Positions 1 to 13,000 of a DNA stretch of 64,000 bases are shown piece by piece. This DNA is from Ranitomeya imitator. Taxonomy: Eukaryota. The stretch is taken from assembly GCF_032444005.1 (NCBI RefSeq), contig NC_091284.1, positions 91,884,001 to 91,948,000 on the forward strand. Direction: 5' to 3'. Each line of letters starts with the position of its first letter. Position 1 is the stretch's first letter. The translations under genes and the position numbers were made by a program. The notes beneath the pieces are model-generated. The model made no database searches and was not told where the DNA came from. It saw nothing but the letters and a program-made list of their open reading frames with translations.

Positions 1-102
1 TGAATAAGGAGCGGTTTTATTTAGCCCAAGATTCGGTTCAGTGCAGCGAACCTTTTTCAAGCTACTTGAATACTACATGCAAGGTTTGATACATGGTGTG
101 TG

Positions 103-332
103 NNNNNNNNNNNNNNNNNNNNNNNNNNNNNNNNNNNNNNNNNNNNNNNNNNNNNNNNNNNNNNNNNNNNNNNNNNNNNNNNNNNNNNNNNNNNNNNNNN
201 NNNNNNNNNNNNNNNNNNNNNNNNNNNNNNNNNNNNNNNNNNNNNNNNNNNNNNNNNNNNNNNNNNNNNNNNNNNNNNNNNNNNNNNNNNNNNNNNNNNN
301 NNNNNNNNNNNNNNNNNNNNNNNNNNNNNNNN
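103..332. other. Assembly gap (N run)
   Basis: Continuous Ns; ORFs spanning the gap are artefacts. Confidence 0.99.
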
Positions 333-1873
333 ACGAACAATAGAATATAACTCCATATAAATCAAATTTCTGTGAAATCAAACTGTCCACTTAGGAAGCA
401 ACACTGATTGACAATCAATTTCACATGCTGTTGTGCAAAAGGAACAGACAGATGGAAATTATTGCCAATTATCTAGACACACTCAATAAAGGAGTGGTTC
501 TGCAGGTGGGGACCACAGACCACATCTCAGTACCAATGCTTTATGGCTGATGTTTTAGTCAATTTTGAATGTTGGTTGTGCTTTCACACTCGTGGTAGTA
601 TGAGACGGAATCTACAACCCACACAAGTGGCTCAGGTGGTGCAGCTCATCCACGATGGCACATCAATGTGAGCTGTGGCAAGAAGGTTTGCTGTGTCTGT
701 CAGCGTAGTGTCCAGACGCTGGAGGAGCCACAAGGAGACAGGCCAGTACACCAGGAGACCTGGAGGGGGCCATAGGAGAGCAACAACATAGCAGCAGGAC
801 CGCTACCCCAGCCTTTGTTCAAAGGAGGAGCAGGAGGAGCACTGCCAGAGACCGGCAAAATGACCTCCAGCAGGCCACAAATGTGCATGTGTCTGCACAA
901 CGGTTAGAAACGGACTCCATGAGGATGGTCTGAGTGCCCAATGTCCACAGATGGGGGTCGAACTCACAGCCCAACACCGTGCAGGATGCTTGGCATTTGC
1001 CACAGAAGACCAGGATTGGCAAATTCGCCACTGGAGACCTGTGCTCTTCACAGATGAAAGCAGGTTCACACTGAGTACTTGTGACATACATGACAGAGTC
1101 TGGAGATGCCGTGGAGAGCAATCTGCTGCCAGCAACATCCCTCAGCATGACAGGTTTGGCAGTGGGCCAGTAATGGTGCGGAGTGGCATTTCTTTGGAGG
1201 GCTGCACAGCCCTCCATGTGCTCGCCAGAGGTAGCCTGACTGCCATTAGGTACCGAGATGAGATCCTCAGAACCTTTATGAGACCATATGCTGGTGAGGT
1301 TGGCCCTGGGTTCCTCCTTATACAGGACAATGCCAGACCTCATGTGGCTGGAGTGTGTCAGCAGTTCCTGCAAGATGAAGGCATTGAAGCTATGGATTGG
1401 CCCGCCCATTCCCCAGACCTCAATCCGATTGAACACATCTGGGACATCATGTCTCGCACCATCCACCAATGCCACGTTGCACCACAGACTGTCCAGGAGT
1501 TGGCAGATGATTTAGTCCAGGTCTGGGAGGACATCCCTCAGAAGACCATTCACCGCCTCATCAGGAGCATGCCCAGGCATTGTAGGGAGGTCATACAGGC
1601 ACGTGGAGGCCACACACACTACTGAGCATCATTTCCTTATCTTGAGGCATTTCCATTGAAGTTGGATCAGCCTGTAACTTCATTTTCCACTTTGATTTTG
1701 AGCATCATTCCAACTCCAGACCTCCATGGGATATTAGTTGTGATTTAAGTTGATAATTTTTAGGTTTTATTGTTCTCAACACATTCCACTATGTAACGAA
1801 TAAAGATTTACAACTGGAATATTTCATTCAGGGATATCTAGGATGCGGGATTTTAGTGTTCCCCTTATTTTTT
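333..1873 (+). mobile_element. Tc1-like (DD34E) transposon, defective, family A copy 1
   Basis: Transposase remnant from ATG 600 to 1625 with early stops. The ORF 951-1625 has LFTDESRF, QDNARPH and SPDLNPIE with 34 residues between the second D and E. The right end resembles the TIR of the copy at 39009; the left end is lost in the gap. Confidence 0.92.
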
Positions 1874-1939
1874 ATATATATATTATATATAGATAGATAG
1901 ATAGAGAGACATAAATACATACATACATACATACATACA
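1874..1939. repeat. Compound microsatellite (TA)/(GATA)/(CATA)
   Basis: Seen directly between two Tc1 elements. Confidence 0.85.
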
Positions 1940-3919
1940 CAGTGCCTTGCAAAAGTATTTGGCCCCCTGGAACTTTTCAACTTTTTCCCACATATCATGC
2001 TTCAACAAAGATATCAAATGTAAATTATTGGTGAAGTATCAACAACAAGTGGAACACAATTGTTGAGTTGAACGAAATTTATTGGTTATTTTAAATTTTT
2101 GTGGAAATTCAAAAACCGAAAAGTGGGGCGTGCAATATTATTCGGCCCCTTTACTTTCAGTGCAGCAAACTCACTCCAGAAGTTCATTGTAGATCTCTGA
2201 ATGATCCAATGTTGTCCTAAATTCCTAATAATGACAAATATAATCCACCTGTGTGTAATCAAGTCTCTGCATAAATGCACCTGCTCTGTGACAGTCTCAG
2301 GGTTCTGTTTGAAGCACAGAGAGCATCATGAAGACCAAGGAACACTTCAGGCAGGTCCGTGATACTGTTGTGGAGAAGTTTAAAGCTGGATTTGGATACA
2401 AAAGGATTTACAAAACTTTAACCCCTTTATCCCATATGTCGTACTATCCCGTCGAGGTGACTTGGGACTTAATTCCCAGTGACGGGATGATACGTCATAG
2501 GCGATCGGCCACGCTCACGGGTGGGGTGGGTGGGGGAGCGCAGCCGATCGCTGGGTGTCAGCTGATTATTACAGCTGACATCCGAACCGCTCCCGGTACA
2601 TTAACCCCCGGCACACTGCGATCAAAACATGATCACAGCGTTTTGGTGGCACAGGGAAGCATCGCGCAGGGAGGGGGCTCCGAGGGTCTCCTACCTGCAG
2701 TGCCTGTCAGATCGCTGATGACACAGTGCACTCCAAAGTGTCAGATTAGCGATCTGATAATATACAGTGATGTCCCCTACCGCCCACCCCACCCCCGCCC
2801 CCCCCACCAAATTTGTTCTTTTACCCTTGGGAAAATAAAAAATTGGGGTCGAAAACCTCATTTTTGGGAAAAAATATGATTTTTTTTATTTTTACGCCTC
2901 TACATTATAAACTTCTGTTAAGCACTTGGTGGGTCAAAGTGCTCACCACACACCTAGATTAGTTCCTTAGGGGGTCTACTTTCCAAAATGGTGTCACTTG
3001 TGGGGGGTTTCAATGTTTAGGCACATCAGGGGCTCTCCAAACGCGACAAGGCGTCTCATCTCAATTACAGTCAATTTTGCATTGAAAGTCAAATGGCGCT
3101 CCTTCCCACACATGGGGTATCAGTGTACTCAGGACAAAATTTACAATAACTTTTGAAGTCCAATTTCTCCAACTTTTGTTAAAATAAAACAAATTGGAGT
3201 TGAAGTACATTTTTTGTGAAAAAAAGTTAAATGCTAATTTTTTTTAACCTCTTCATGACCCAGCCTATTTTGACCTTAATTACGGTACCTGGCCGTTTTT
3301 TTGCAATTCTAACCAGTGTCCCTTTATGAGGTAATAACTCAGGAACGCTTCAATGGATCCTAGCGGTTTTGAGACTGTTTTTTCGAGACACATTGGGTTT
3401 CATGTTAGTGGCAAATTTAGGTTGATAATGTTTGCATTTGTGAAAAAAGTGGAAATTTTGCTAAAATTTAGAAAATTTCACAGTTTTCAAATTTTGAATT
3501 TTTATTCTGTTAAACGAGAGCGTTAAGTGACACAAAATAGTTAAGAAATAACATTACCCACATGATTACTTTACATCAGCACAATTTTGTAAACAATTTT
3601 TTTTTTTTTTTGCTAGGAAGTTATAAGGGTTAAAATTTGACCAGCGATTTTCTCATTTTTACAACACCATTTTTTTTTTTTTAAGGGACCACCTCACATT
3701 TGAAGTCACTTTGAGGGGTCTATATGGCTGAAAATACCCAAAAGTGACACCATTCTAAAAACTGCACCCCTCAAGGTACTCAAAACCACATTCAAGAAGT
3801 TTATTAACCCTTCAGGTGCTTCAGCAGCAGAAGCAACATGGAAGGAAAAAATGAACATTTAACTTTTTAGTCACAAAAATGATCTTTTAGCAACAATTTT
3901 TTATTTCCCCAAGGGTAAA

Positions 3920-5290
3920 AGGAGAAACTGGCCCCCAAAGTTATTGTACAATTTGTCCTGAGTACGCCGATACCCCATATGTGGGAAGGGGGAAACCACT
4001 GTTTGGGCGCACGACAGGGCTCGGAAGGGAAGGAGCGCCATTTGACTTTTTCAATGAAAAATTGACTCCAATCTTTAGCGGACACCATGTCGCGTTTGGA
4101 GAGCCCCTGTGTGCCTAAACATTGGAGCTCCCCCACAAGTGACCCCATTTTGGAAACTAGACCCCCCAATGAGCTTATCTAGATGCATAGTGAGCACTTT
4201 GAAACCCCAGGTGCTTCACAAATTGGTCCGTAAAAATGAAAAAGTACTTTTTTTTTTTTTTTCTCATAAAAATTTCTTTTAGCCTCAATTTTTTCATTTT
4301 CACATGGGCAACAGAATAAAATGGATCCTAAAATGTGTTGGGCAATTTCTCCTGAGTACACCGATACCTCATATTTGGTCACAAACCAGTGTTTGGGCAC
4401 GCGGCAAGGCTTGGAAGAGAAAGAGCGCCATTTGACTTTTGAATGAAAAATTAGCTCCAATCGTTAGCGGACACCATGTCGCGTTTGGAGAGCCCCTGTG
4501 TGCCGAAACATTGGAGATCTCCCACAAGTGACCCCATTTTGGAAACTACACCCCCCAAGGAATTTATCTAGATGTGCAGTGACCACTTTAAACCCCCAAG
4601 TGCTTCACAGAACTTTACAACGCAGAGCCGTGAAAATAAAAAATCATTTTTATTTCCTCAAAAATTATGTTTTAGCAAGCAATTTTTTATTTTCACAAGG
4701 ATAACAGGAGAAATTCGACCCCAATAGTTGTTGCCCAGTTTGCCCTGAGTACACTGATACCCCATATGTGGGGGTAAACCACTGTTTGGGCACACGACGG
4801 GGCTCGGAAGGGAAGTAGTAACGTTTTGAAATGCAGACTTTGCTGGAATGGTCTGCGGGCGTCACGTTGCGTTTGCAGAGCCCCTTATGTTCCTAAAGAG
4901 TAGAAACTCCCACGTGACCCCATTTTGGAAACTAGACCCCCAAGGAACTTATCTAGATGTGTGGTGAGCACTTTGAACCCCAAGTGCTTCACACAAGTTT
5001 ATATTGCAGATTCGTGAAAATAAAAAATCATCGTTTTCCCACAAAAATAATTGTTTAGCACCCATTTTGTTATTTTCCCAAGGGTAACAGGAGAAATAAA
5101 CCCCCCAAAGTAGTTGTGCAATTTTTCCTGAGTACACTGACACCCCATATGTTTGGGTAAACCACTGTTTGGGCACACGTCGCGGCTCGGAATGGAGGGA
5201 GCACCATTTGACTTTTTGAACGCAAGATTGGCTGGAATCAATGGTGGCGCCATGTTGCGTTTGGAGACCCCTGATGTTCTTAAACAGTGG
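3920..5290. repeat. ~390-bp internal tandem repeat (about 4 units) with an inverted copy near 2940-3130
   Basis: The motif CCATGT(C/T)GCGTTTGGAGAGCCCCTG..GTGACCCCATTTTGGAAACTAGACCCC recurs near 4081, 4471, ~4860 and ~5250 (last copy partial); its reverse complement lies near 2970-3050. Confidence 0.8.
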
Positions 5291-5309
5291 AAACCTCTCA
5301 ATTCTAACT

Positions 5310-6465
5310 CCAACACTAACCCCAACACACCCTTAACCCTAATCTCAACTCTAGCATAACCCTAATCATAACCCTAACTCCAACACACCCCTAACCACAA
5401 CACACCCCTAACCCTAATACCAACCCTATCCCTAATACCAACCCTAACCCCAACACACCCCTAACCCTAATCCTAACCATTACCCTAACCACAAGCCTAA
5501 TCTTAACCCTATTTCCAACCCTAACCCTAATTTCAACCCTAAGCATATGTGCCCACGTTGCGGATTCGTGTAAGATTTTTCCGCATCATTTTTGAAAAAT
5601 CCGCAGGTTAAAGGCACTGCGTTTTACCTGCGGATTTGCCGCGGAATTCCAGTGATTTTTGTGTGGATTTCACCTGGGGATTCCTATTGTGGAACAGGTT
5701 TAAATTGCTGTGAAATCCGCACAAAGAATTGATATGCTGCGAAATATGCAAAGCAGCGTTTCCGCACGCTATTTTCCGCACCATGGGCACAGTGGATTTG
5801 GTTTTCCATAGGTTTACATGGTACTGTAAACCTGATGGAAAACTGCTACGAATCCGCAGCAGCCAATCCGCTGCGGCTCCGCAGCCAAATCCGCACAGTG
5901 TGCACATAGCTTAATTCTAACCCTAGTTCTAACCCTAACCCTAGTTCTAACCCTAGCCCTAGTTCTAACCCCAACCCTAGTTCTAACCCCAACCCTAGTT
6001 CTAACCCTAATTCTAACCCTAGTTATAGCCTTAACCCTAACCCTAGCCCTAAACCTAGTGGAAAAATAAAAGTAAATATATTTTCTTTATTTTATTATTT
6101 TTCCCTACCTATGGGGGTGACAAAGGGGGGGTTAATTTACTTTTTTTTTTATTTTGATCACTTTGATAGGTTTTATCACAGTGATCAAAATGTACCTGGA
6201 ATGAATCTACCGGCCGATTCGGCAGTCGCACTCCGCATGCGCCCACCATTTTGGAAGATGGCGGCGCCCGTGGAGAAGACAACCCTAAACCCAACACACC
6301 CCTAACCCTAATCGCAACCCTAAACCCAACACACCCCTAACCTTAATCCCAACCCTAACCATAACCCTAACCACAAGCCAAACCCTAACACACCCCTAAC
6401 CCTAATCTTTACCCTATTTCCAACCTTAATTCCAACCCTAACTCTAATTAAAACCCTAACTCTAA
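5310..6465. repeat. Degenerate telomere-like (CCCTAA)n tracts inside a TE
   Basis: Blocks of CCCTAA/CCCTAG/CCCCAA variants at ~5310-5540, ~5912-6060 and ~6285-6465. Confidence 0.85.
5543..5911. mobile_element. Harbinger/PIF-type MITE
   Basis: TIRs GCATATGTGCCCAC / GTGCACATAGC(T) with a TAA target duplication inside the CCCTAA array. Confidence 0.7.
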
Positions 6466-7156
6466 GGCTATGTTCCCACGCTGCGGATTCGTGTGAGGAT
6501 TTTTCCGCACAGTTTTTGAAAATGTGGAAGAGTGGCAAGAAGAAAGCCATTTCTCAAAGATATCCAGTTTGCAACAAGTCACCTGGGAGACACACCAAAC
6601 ATATGGAAGAAGGTGCTCTAGTCAGATGAAACCAAAATCGAACTATTTGGCAACAATGCCAAACGATATGTTTGGCGTAAAGGCAACACAGCTCATCACC
6701 CTGAACACACCATCCCCACTGTCAAACATGGTGGTGGCAGTATCATGGTTTGGGCCTGCTTTTCTTCAGCAGGGAAAGAGAAGATGGTTAAAATTGATGG
6801 GAAGATGGATGGAGCCAAATACAGGACCAGGGTGGATAAAAATCTTGATTTTTAAAAAAAAAATCAAAAAAATCAGATTTTTTTGATTTAAATCAGATTT
6901 TTTTGATTTAAATCATTTGATTTAAATCAGATTTTTTAATCAAGTTGTACACAAGCAAAACTTTGTCTTTTTGCAAATCTAATTGTTTTACACAAATAAA
7001 AATATTAAAACAGTTGATTATGAAACCTAATAATTTTTATTTGCACTATTAAACACTCAGAATTGAACTACAGAGAGTAAGTACTTTTTAACAATAGCCT
7101 ATCTCTAACGTTTGAAGTAAGCAAACATCTTCAGTGAATACATCAGTCCTTTAAGC

Positions 7157-9650
7157 CTACTGTTTATTTAGGACTTTTAATAGGAAAACCAGTTGTCCTG
7201 CTTTAGCAGTTCCTAAGCGGTTTCGGACTGTTGTGTGCACAAAACCAAATGAAGAAAACAATCTCTCTACTCCTGCGGATGAAGCCGATGCAGCTGAGTA
7301 GCTAGATTTATTATCTTTGCTGGAAGAACAAGTGATTGCGACTTCCACCAGTCCAGTGGTTTTAGTTCATTAACGACGTTATCTGCAAACATGTATTTTT
7401 GAAATGGTGCAGATTCACACTTCAATTTCAGCACAGTTGCCACAATGTCATGGTTAGTATTGGCGAGCCACTCCATTGCAGAGTTGATTTCCGCCTCAGA
7501 TAATTTTTTCCCTCTGTAGATGGGATGCAAGATATTGATTGGCTAAATAGTGTTCTTCTTTTAATGCTTGGTCCTTGCGGTGCTGTATTGCAACCTTTAC
7601 ATTGTTTGAGAGGTTCAAGCGATCTAGAGAACCTTCTAAATCTTTCCAAACTTCTGTGGCATCAGCTATGGTTGCAGTATCTTTCTGCATTTTATCCAAC
7701 GCAATCGATATTGGCTTTAACCTTTCCAAAAGGTCCTCGGCATTTCTCTTCACACCAAGATTTAATACTTTGCTTCGTATATTAGCATCAATTTTATCCC
7801 GATGTGTTTCGCAAATGGACAGTAATTTTGACCAGTTGTTAATAAACATTTCGAAGCAGTCAGCCAAGGTATTCCATCTAACATCTTGTGGTAGAACCAA
7901 CTTCAGTCCTCCCATTTCCTTGTAGGTTGCATGTGCAAAATGATTATTGCGGAAATATTTAACAATTTCTACAACATGTTCCTTGACACCCGAAATATGC
8001 AGGTCTTTTGCCAAAAGATGCAACAAATGGGCAGAACAACCGTATGTAATGACATTTGTGTCATCCTCATGTGCCAGTTCCGCTCGCATTTTTGCCACAT
8101 TGCTTGCGTTATCAGTAACTAAGCTCCTTACTTTACATCCAAACTGTTCTTGGCATTGGTGAATTGAGTTCTTAGCAATTTCAAGTAAATATTCAGCAGT
8201 ATGTGAATTTCCAGATGTGTCGATTGTGTCTGTAAGGTAAGTTTCACCATCTTCTGTTGTGACACAAGTGCAAATTATGGGGTCGTTGTGGATGTTGCTC
8301 CAACCATCCAAGCTCATGTTAACAACCTTGTCTTTCAAATATTTTGTACAAGCCGCTCTTTCTATGTCGTATACAGCCTGAAGATGTTTTCCTGAGATAT
8401 CAAATCTACTTGGTGGTTTGTAGCCTGGTCTAATTCCTTCGATCATTTGTACAAACAATGGGTGCTCAACTAGTCGGAAAGAAGAATTGGTTGCAAATAT
8501 GAATTTAGCAATTAATTCATCAAAATGTTCTTTCTGGCTCGTCGTAGTCTTTAAGATGAATTTTTCTACACTTTGCACGCAAAGTTTTTTTTTGGGCTGC
8601 TTTGTTGAAGTTGTACCCAGATATTGATTGTCACGTGCAGCACAAGCCATATTTGACCCTGAAAGCACAGAAATTAAAAATCTAAATCGACTGCGTATTT
8701 GAAGAAATATAACGAAAATATTTTGAAACAAACTTTTTGAACAATGTAATGGTCCTCGTCCTATAAGGGCTGTCTCAAAAGTTATGCTACTCAAGTTTTC
8801 CGGTGAAGTTGCTGTAACACTGGTAACTAATATCAGAGCAACTGAAAAAAATTATGTCACAAAAGTTTTAAAAATGTTTTTTTTTTAAAATGGTCAATTT
8901 GGCAGACTTCAAAAGTGAATTGCAGCCTACAATAAAAAAAAAATAAGCGTATACACACTTTATTTTTACTTAAAGGACATGTGCACCTTTATTTTTTAAG
9001 GTGCAGTGTGCACATGTCCTCCCCCCGCAGCTCTCTTACCTCCGATGTCAGCGCTGCGGGGATCCGTGGCTTCGTTCTGCCCGTCCGCGAGCGCGCCTCC
9101 ATTCATTTCACTGGATCACTGCGAGTAGGCCGCAACCGGAGGACGGGAGGCGGACGGTCAAAACGAAGCCACGGATCTCAGCGCTGCGGGGATCGGAGGT
9201 AAGAGCGCTGCGGGGGGGAGGACATGTGCACCTTAAAAAAATAAAGGTGCACATGTCCTTTAGCGTTAATTTTCTGTGAAATATTGCCTTAACATAAATT
9301 TAAATTCTATACTCCAGAACTACTAGTGCTAGAAATTTCTCTTTTCATAGACTTTAACCATCCCAGTAAAATGTCTGTTAAAAAAATAGGTTGTAATTGC
9401 CAGACTTACTAGTACTAGGCTCCTGGTGCATAAGAAGCTGTGGGGGTTCATTGACATTAGTTGTATCACTATCAACATCTTCATTTCCCTTCTGGTTGCA
9501 GTTTTCATAATGTGATTTCAAACGGCAAACAAGTCCTTGGATATCCTTTTGACAGTATTTGCACTTTGCTCTTGCACCTTTCTTTCCAAGATCTGCTGCT
9601 GGCATCTCAACAAAATGAACCCAAATAGGGTCTCTCTTACGACCTGCCAT
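7157..9650 (-). pseudogene. Intron-containing hAT transposase with two frameshifts
   Basis: Exon 9650-9410 encodes a BED-type zinc finger (W..HF..CKYC..H..C) and ends at an A|GTAAGT donor. The main exon has SLDGWSN, VTDNASN, CSAH, RWNT and WW..ASSAGVERLFS. Frameshifts at ~7535 (apparent CAAT duplication) and ~7300. Confidence 0.9.
8974..9259. mobile_element. T2/Kolobok-type MITE in the hAT intron
   Basis: Palindromic, AGGACATGTGCACC..GGTGCACATGTCCT, flanked by TTAA/TTAG. Confidence 0.8.
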
Positions 9651-10728
9651 GGCTCACACAGATCACTTATGAAGTTTGATTGTTACTACAGCCAAGTACT
9701 GCTGACTATCCAACAAGTTTGGGCATGTCAACTGAATGGAAAAAGAAACTAAACCAAAAGTGAAACCAAGCTAGAAGTGTGGAATTAAAGGGGCAGTATG
9801 AACAAAATGTGGAGGCTATTAATAGTTTATACAATTAAGACATGCTGCTTTTAAACACCTACCTATTGCCATATAGTAAAACAAAAAAGATTTTTACTTA
9901 CTTTGGGGTCCCCCCCTCACCCTGGCGTTAGATCGTTGCCCCTAGTTTCGTCCGTGTAACTATGGGCGCACATGCGCACTGCTCTCACTTCTCATTTTAA
10001 TCGTGATTTATATTAAAAAAAACCTTTTGATTTAAATCAGTGATTTAAATCATTATTAAAATCATGATTTAAATCGATCCGATTTAAATAGAAAAAAATC
10101 TTTTGATTTAAATCGTGATTTAAATCATGATTTAAATCGGCGTGATTTAAATCAATCCACCCTGTACAGGACCATTCTTGAAGAAAACCTGTTGGAGTCT
10201 GCAAAAGACCGGAGACTGGGAAGATTTGTCTTCCAACAAGACAATGATCCCAAACATAAAGCTAAATCTACAATGGAATGGTTCACAAATAAATGTATCT
10301 AGGTGTAAGAACGGCCAAGTCAAAGTCCAGACCTCAATCCAACCGAGAATCTGTGGAAAGAGCTGAAAACTGCTGTTCACAAAATCTCCATCAAACCTCA
10401 CTGAGCTCGAGCGGTTTGCCAAGGAAGAATGGGCAAGAATTTCAGTCTCTCGATGTACAAAACTGATAGAGACATACTCCAAGCGACTTGCAGCTGTAAT
10501 CGCAGCAAAAGGTGGCGCAACAAAGTATTAAGTTAAAGGGACCGAATAATATTGCACGCCCCACTTTTCAGTTTTTTTAATTTCCACAAAAATTTAAAAT
10601 AACCAATAAATTTCGTTCAACTTCACAATTGTGTTCCACTTGTTGTTAATTCATCACCAAAAATTTACATTTGGTATTTTTATGTTTGAAGCATGATATG
10701 TGGAAAAAGGTTGAAAAATTCCAGTTTT

Positions 10729-11776
10729 GTGTATACTCGAGTATAAGCCGAGATTTTCAGCCCATTTTTGGGGGCTGAAAGTCCCCCTCTCGGCTTATAC
10801 TCGAGTCATACCCAGGGGTCGGCAGGGGAGGGGAGTCTAATAATACTCACCTGCTCCCGACGTTGCAGTTTCTTTCTGTAGTGAGAAGTCACATGGTACC
10901 GCTCATTACAGTAATGAATATGGACCCCACTCCCATAGGGATGGAGCCGCATATTCATTACTGTAATGAGCGGTAACGGTGACTGCTCACTATTGGAAGA
11001 AGCTGCAGCGCCGGAGAACCAGGGACTGAGCCAGGAGCAGGTGAGTATAATAGGGAAGGGGAGCGCTGCGCGATATTCACCTCTCCTGAGTGACGAGAGG
11101 TGAGTGTGGGTTTTTTTTTATTGCAGCAACAGCATATGGGGCAAATATCTCTATAGAGCATCTTATGGGGCCATATTCAACGTTTGTGCAGCATTATATG
11201 GGGCAACTATCTTTATGGAGCATCTTATGGGGCCATTATCAACGTTTGTGCAGCATTATATGGGGCAACTATCTTTATGGAGCATCTTATGGGGCTATTA
11301 TCAACGTTTGTGCAGCACTGTATGGGGTAAATATCTCTATGGAGCATCTTATGGGGCCATAATCAACATTTGTGCAGCACTATATGTGGCAAATGTGTCT
11401 ATGGAGCATCTTATGGGGCCATTATTAACCTTTATGCAGGATTATATGGGGCATATTTTAATATGGGGCAGATTTTAATATGGAGCATCTTATGGGGCCC
11501 ATCATGAACTTTGTGGAGCATTATATGGGGCGTATTTTGCATGGAGCATCTTATGGGGCCCATCATGAACTGTATGGAGCATTATATGGGGCTCATGATT
11601 CAATATGGATATTCAAAAACACTTAACCTACTGATGTCTCAATTAATTTTACTTTTATTGGTATCTATTTTTATTTTTTAAATTTACCAGAATTTACCCT
11701 AGGCTTATACTCGAGTCATTAAGTTTTCCCAGTTTTTTGTGGCCAAATTATGGGGGTCGCTTATACTCGAGTACCG
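10729..11776 (+). mobile_element. Tc2-like non-autonomous element with internal 62-bp minisatellite
   Basis: Degenerate TATACTCGAGTATAAGCCG termini; GAGCATCTTATGGGGC recurs at 11156, 11218, 11280, 11342 and 11404. An inverted relative lies at 21557-22884. Confidence 0.7.
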
Positions 11777-12451
11777 TATATATATATGTATGTTGTACCA
11801 CTGAATTCTTTTTACGATGGAAAGAAGATTGGCCTCGCCTCAGTATACAACAGGGCAAGGATATTTGCATGCACATTTACATAGGGACAATTGTCAATTA
11901 TTGTATGACACTGCCCATTGGACTCAAACCCAGACTGAGACGAGGTTTAGCAAAAAAAATTCTACTGAATCTGCAATTTGCTTTGTAACATGATAGAAAA
12001 AAAAAACCGATCCCACGTGTTTTTAAAGGGACGAGGAAAACTTATATCATATACATTTACTTTTTTTAATATGCATGTACGAAGGTTTACAAAATCTGGG
12101 CTTTGAGAACACATTTCTGTATCAGAAAAGACCGTTCCAGCTGCTGTACAGCAACTGTATGAAAATTATAGATACCGTACATATTGGGACCATTAGATAA
12201 AATAAACAAGTTTTCCTGTTAAAAAAAAAAAAACAAGTCAAATCAAAGGGTGGACATTCAACTCAAAGCTGTTTTTTACCAGATATTTATAGATGGGAAA
12301 ATGGGACATATTAATGATTTATGCCTATGCTGCAAAATAAATATCGAAATATAAAAGGTGTGAAAGTAGGCAGAGGCAAGTAAGGATTGATAAAGAACCA
12401 TACTGCTACAAATTTGCTTTAAAGAACTGTTTACTTTTAAAATGGCTGAAA

Positions 12452-12457
<6 letters not shown>

Positions 12458-12519
<62 letters not shown>
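12458..12519. repeat. (TA)n microsatellite
   Basis: About 30 TA units. Confidence 0.95.
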
Positions 12520-12521
<2 letters not shown>

Positions 12522-12838
12522 GAAGCTGCAATGCATACTATGTCACAAAATGTGTCAGTCTGCCTTGCTAGTAACAGATTTTTGGAGCTGAGGAGGTGTC
12601 ACTGAGTAAGAGCATTTGTCATTTGGGGGGTCTGAATCACTGGGTGACGATCCCTTTGGCTGCTCTAGTAACAAGTTTTAAAACAAGAATTTTTTTAATA
12701 TAGAGGAAAATAAGCTAATGGTGAAACAATCCGATATATACTCCATAAAGAAATTTAGTAAGGGAGAACTCTGCAGAACACATGAAGAATATGGAAACAC
12801 GAAGGCTGCCGACTTATTAATTATATTTTCATTAATTT

Positions 12839-13000
12839 GTAGATTGTGCGCTCTTGCGGGCAGGGTCCTCTCTCCTCCTGTACCAGTCGTGACTTGCATC
12901 GGTTAAGATTACTGTATTTTTTTTATTATGTATACCCCTTCTGACATGTAAAGCGCCATGGAATAAATGGCCCTATAATAATAATAATAAATAATAATTA
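12839..13000 (+). mobile_element. L2-clade LINE 3' end
   Basis: TAGATTGTG..GGGCAGGG..GTAAAGCGCCATGGAATAAATGG..(ATA)n tail, as recalled for L2 3' UTRs. Confidence 0.6.

Larger units (their letters stand above)
2422..6520. mobile_element. piggyBac-like non-autonomous element (right end lost)
   Basis: Inserted at TTAA (2418-2421) in the Tc1 ORF and begins CCCCTT. No transposase; carries long internal repeats and telomere-like tracts. Confidence 0.6.
6828..10164 (-). mobile_element. hAT transposon, near full length (3337 bp)
   Basis: TIRs CAGGGTGGAT..ATCCACCCTG, perfect 8-bp TSD TACAGGAC (6820-6827, 10165-10172), subterminal GATTTAAATC arrays at both ends, and an internal hAT transposase. Confidence 0.96.
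1940..10724 (+). mobile_element. Passport-like Tc1 element, fragmented (1940-2421, ~6523-6827, 10165-10724)
   Basis: Left TIR CAGTGCCTTGCAAAAGTATT, N-terminus MKTKEHFRQVRDTVVEKFKAGFGYK, middle ..[18 protein letters not shown].., C-terminus ..AVIAAKGGATKY*. About 200-bp right TIR mirrors the left TIR and is clipped at ~10724. Family name is from recalled similarity. Confidence 0.88.

Noticed and set aside
2328-2879. 183-aa novel ORF
   Set aside because: A chimera of the Tc1 N-terminus read through into the inserted piggyBac-like element.
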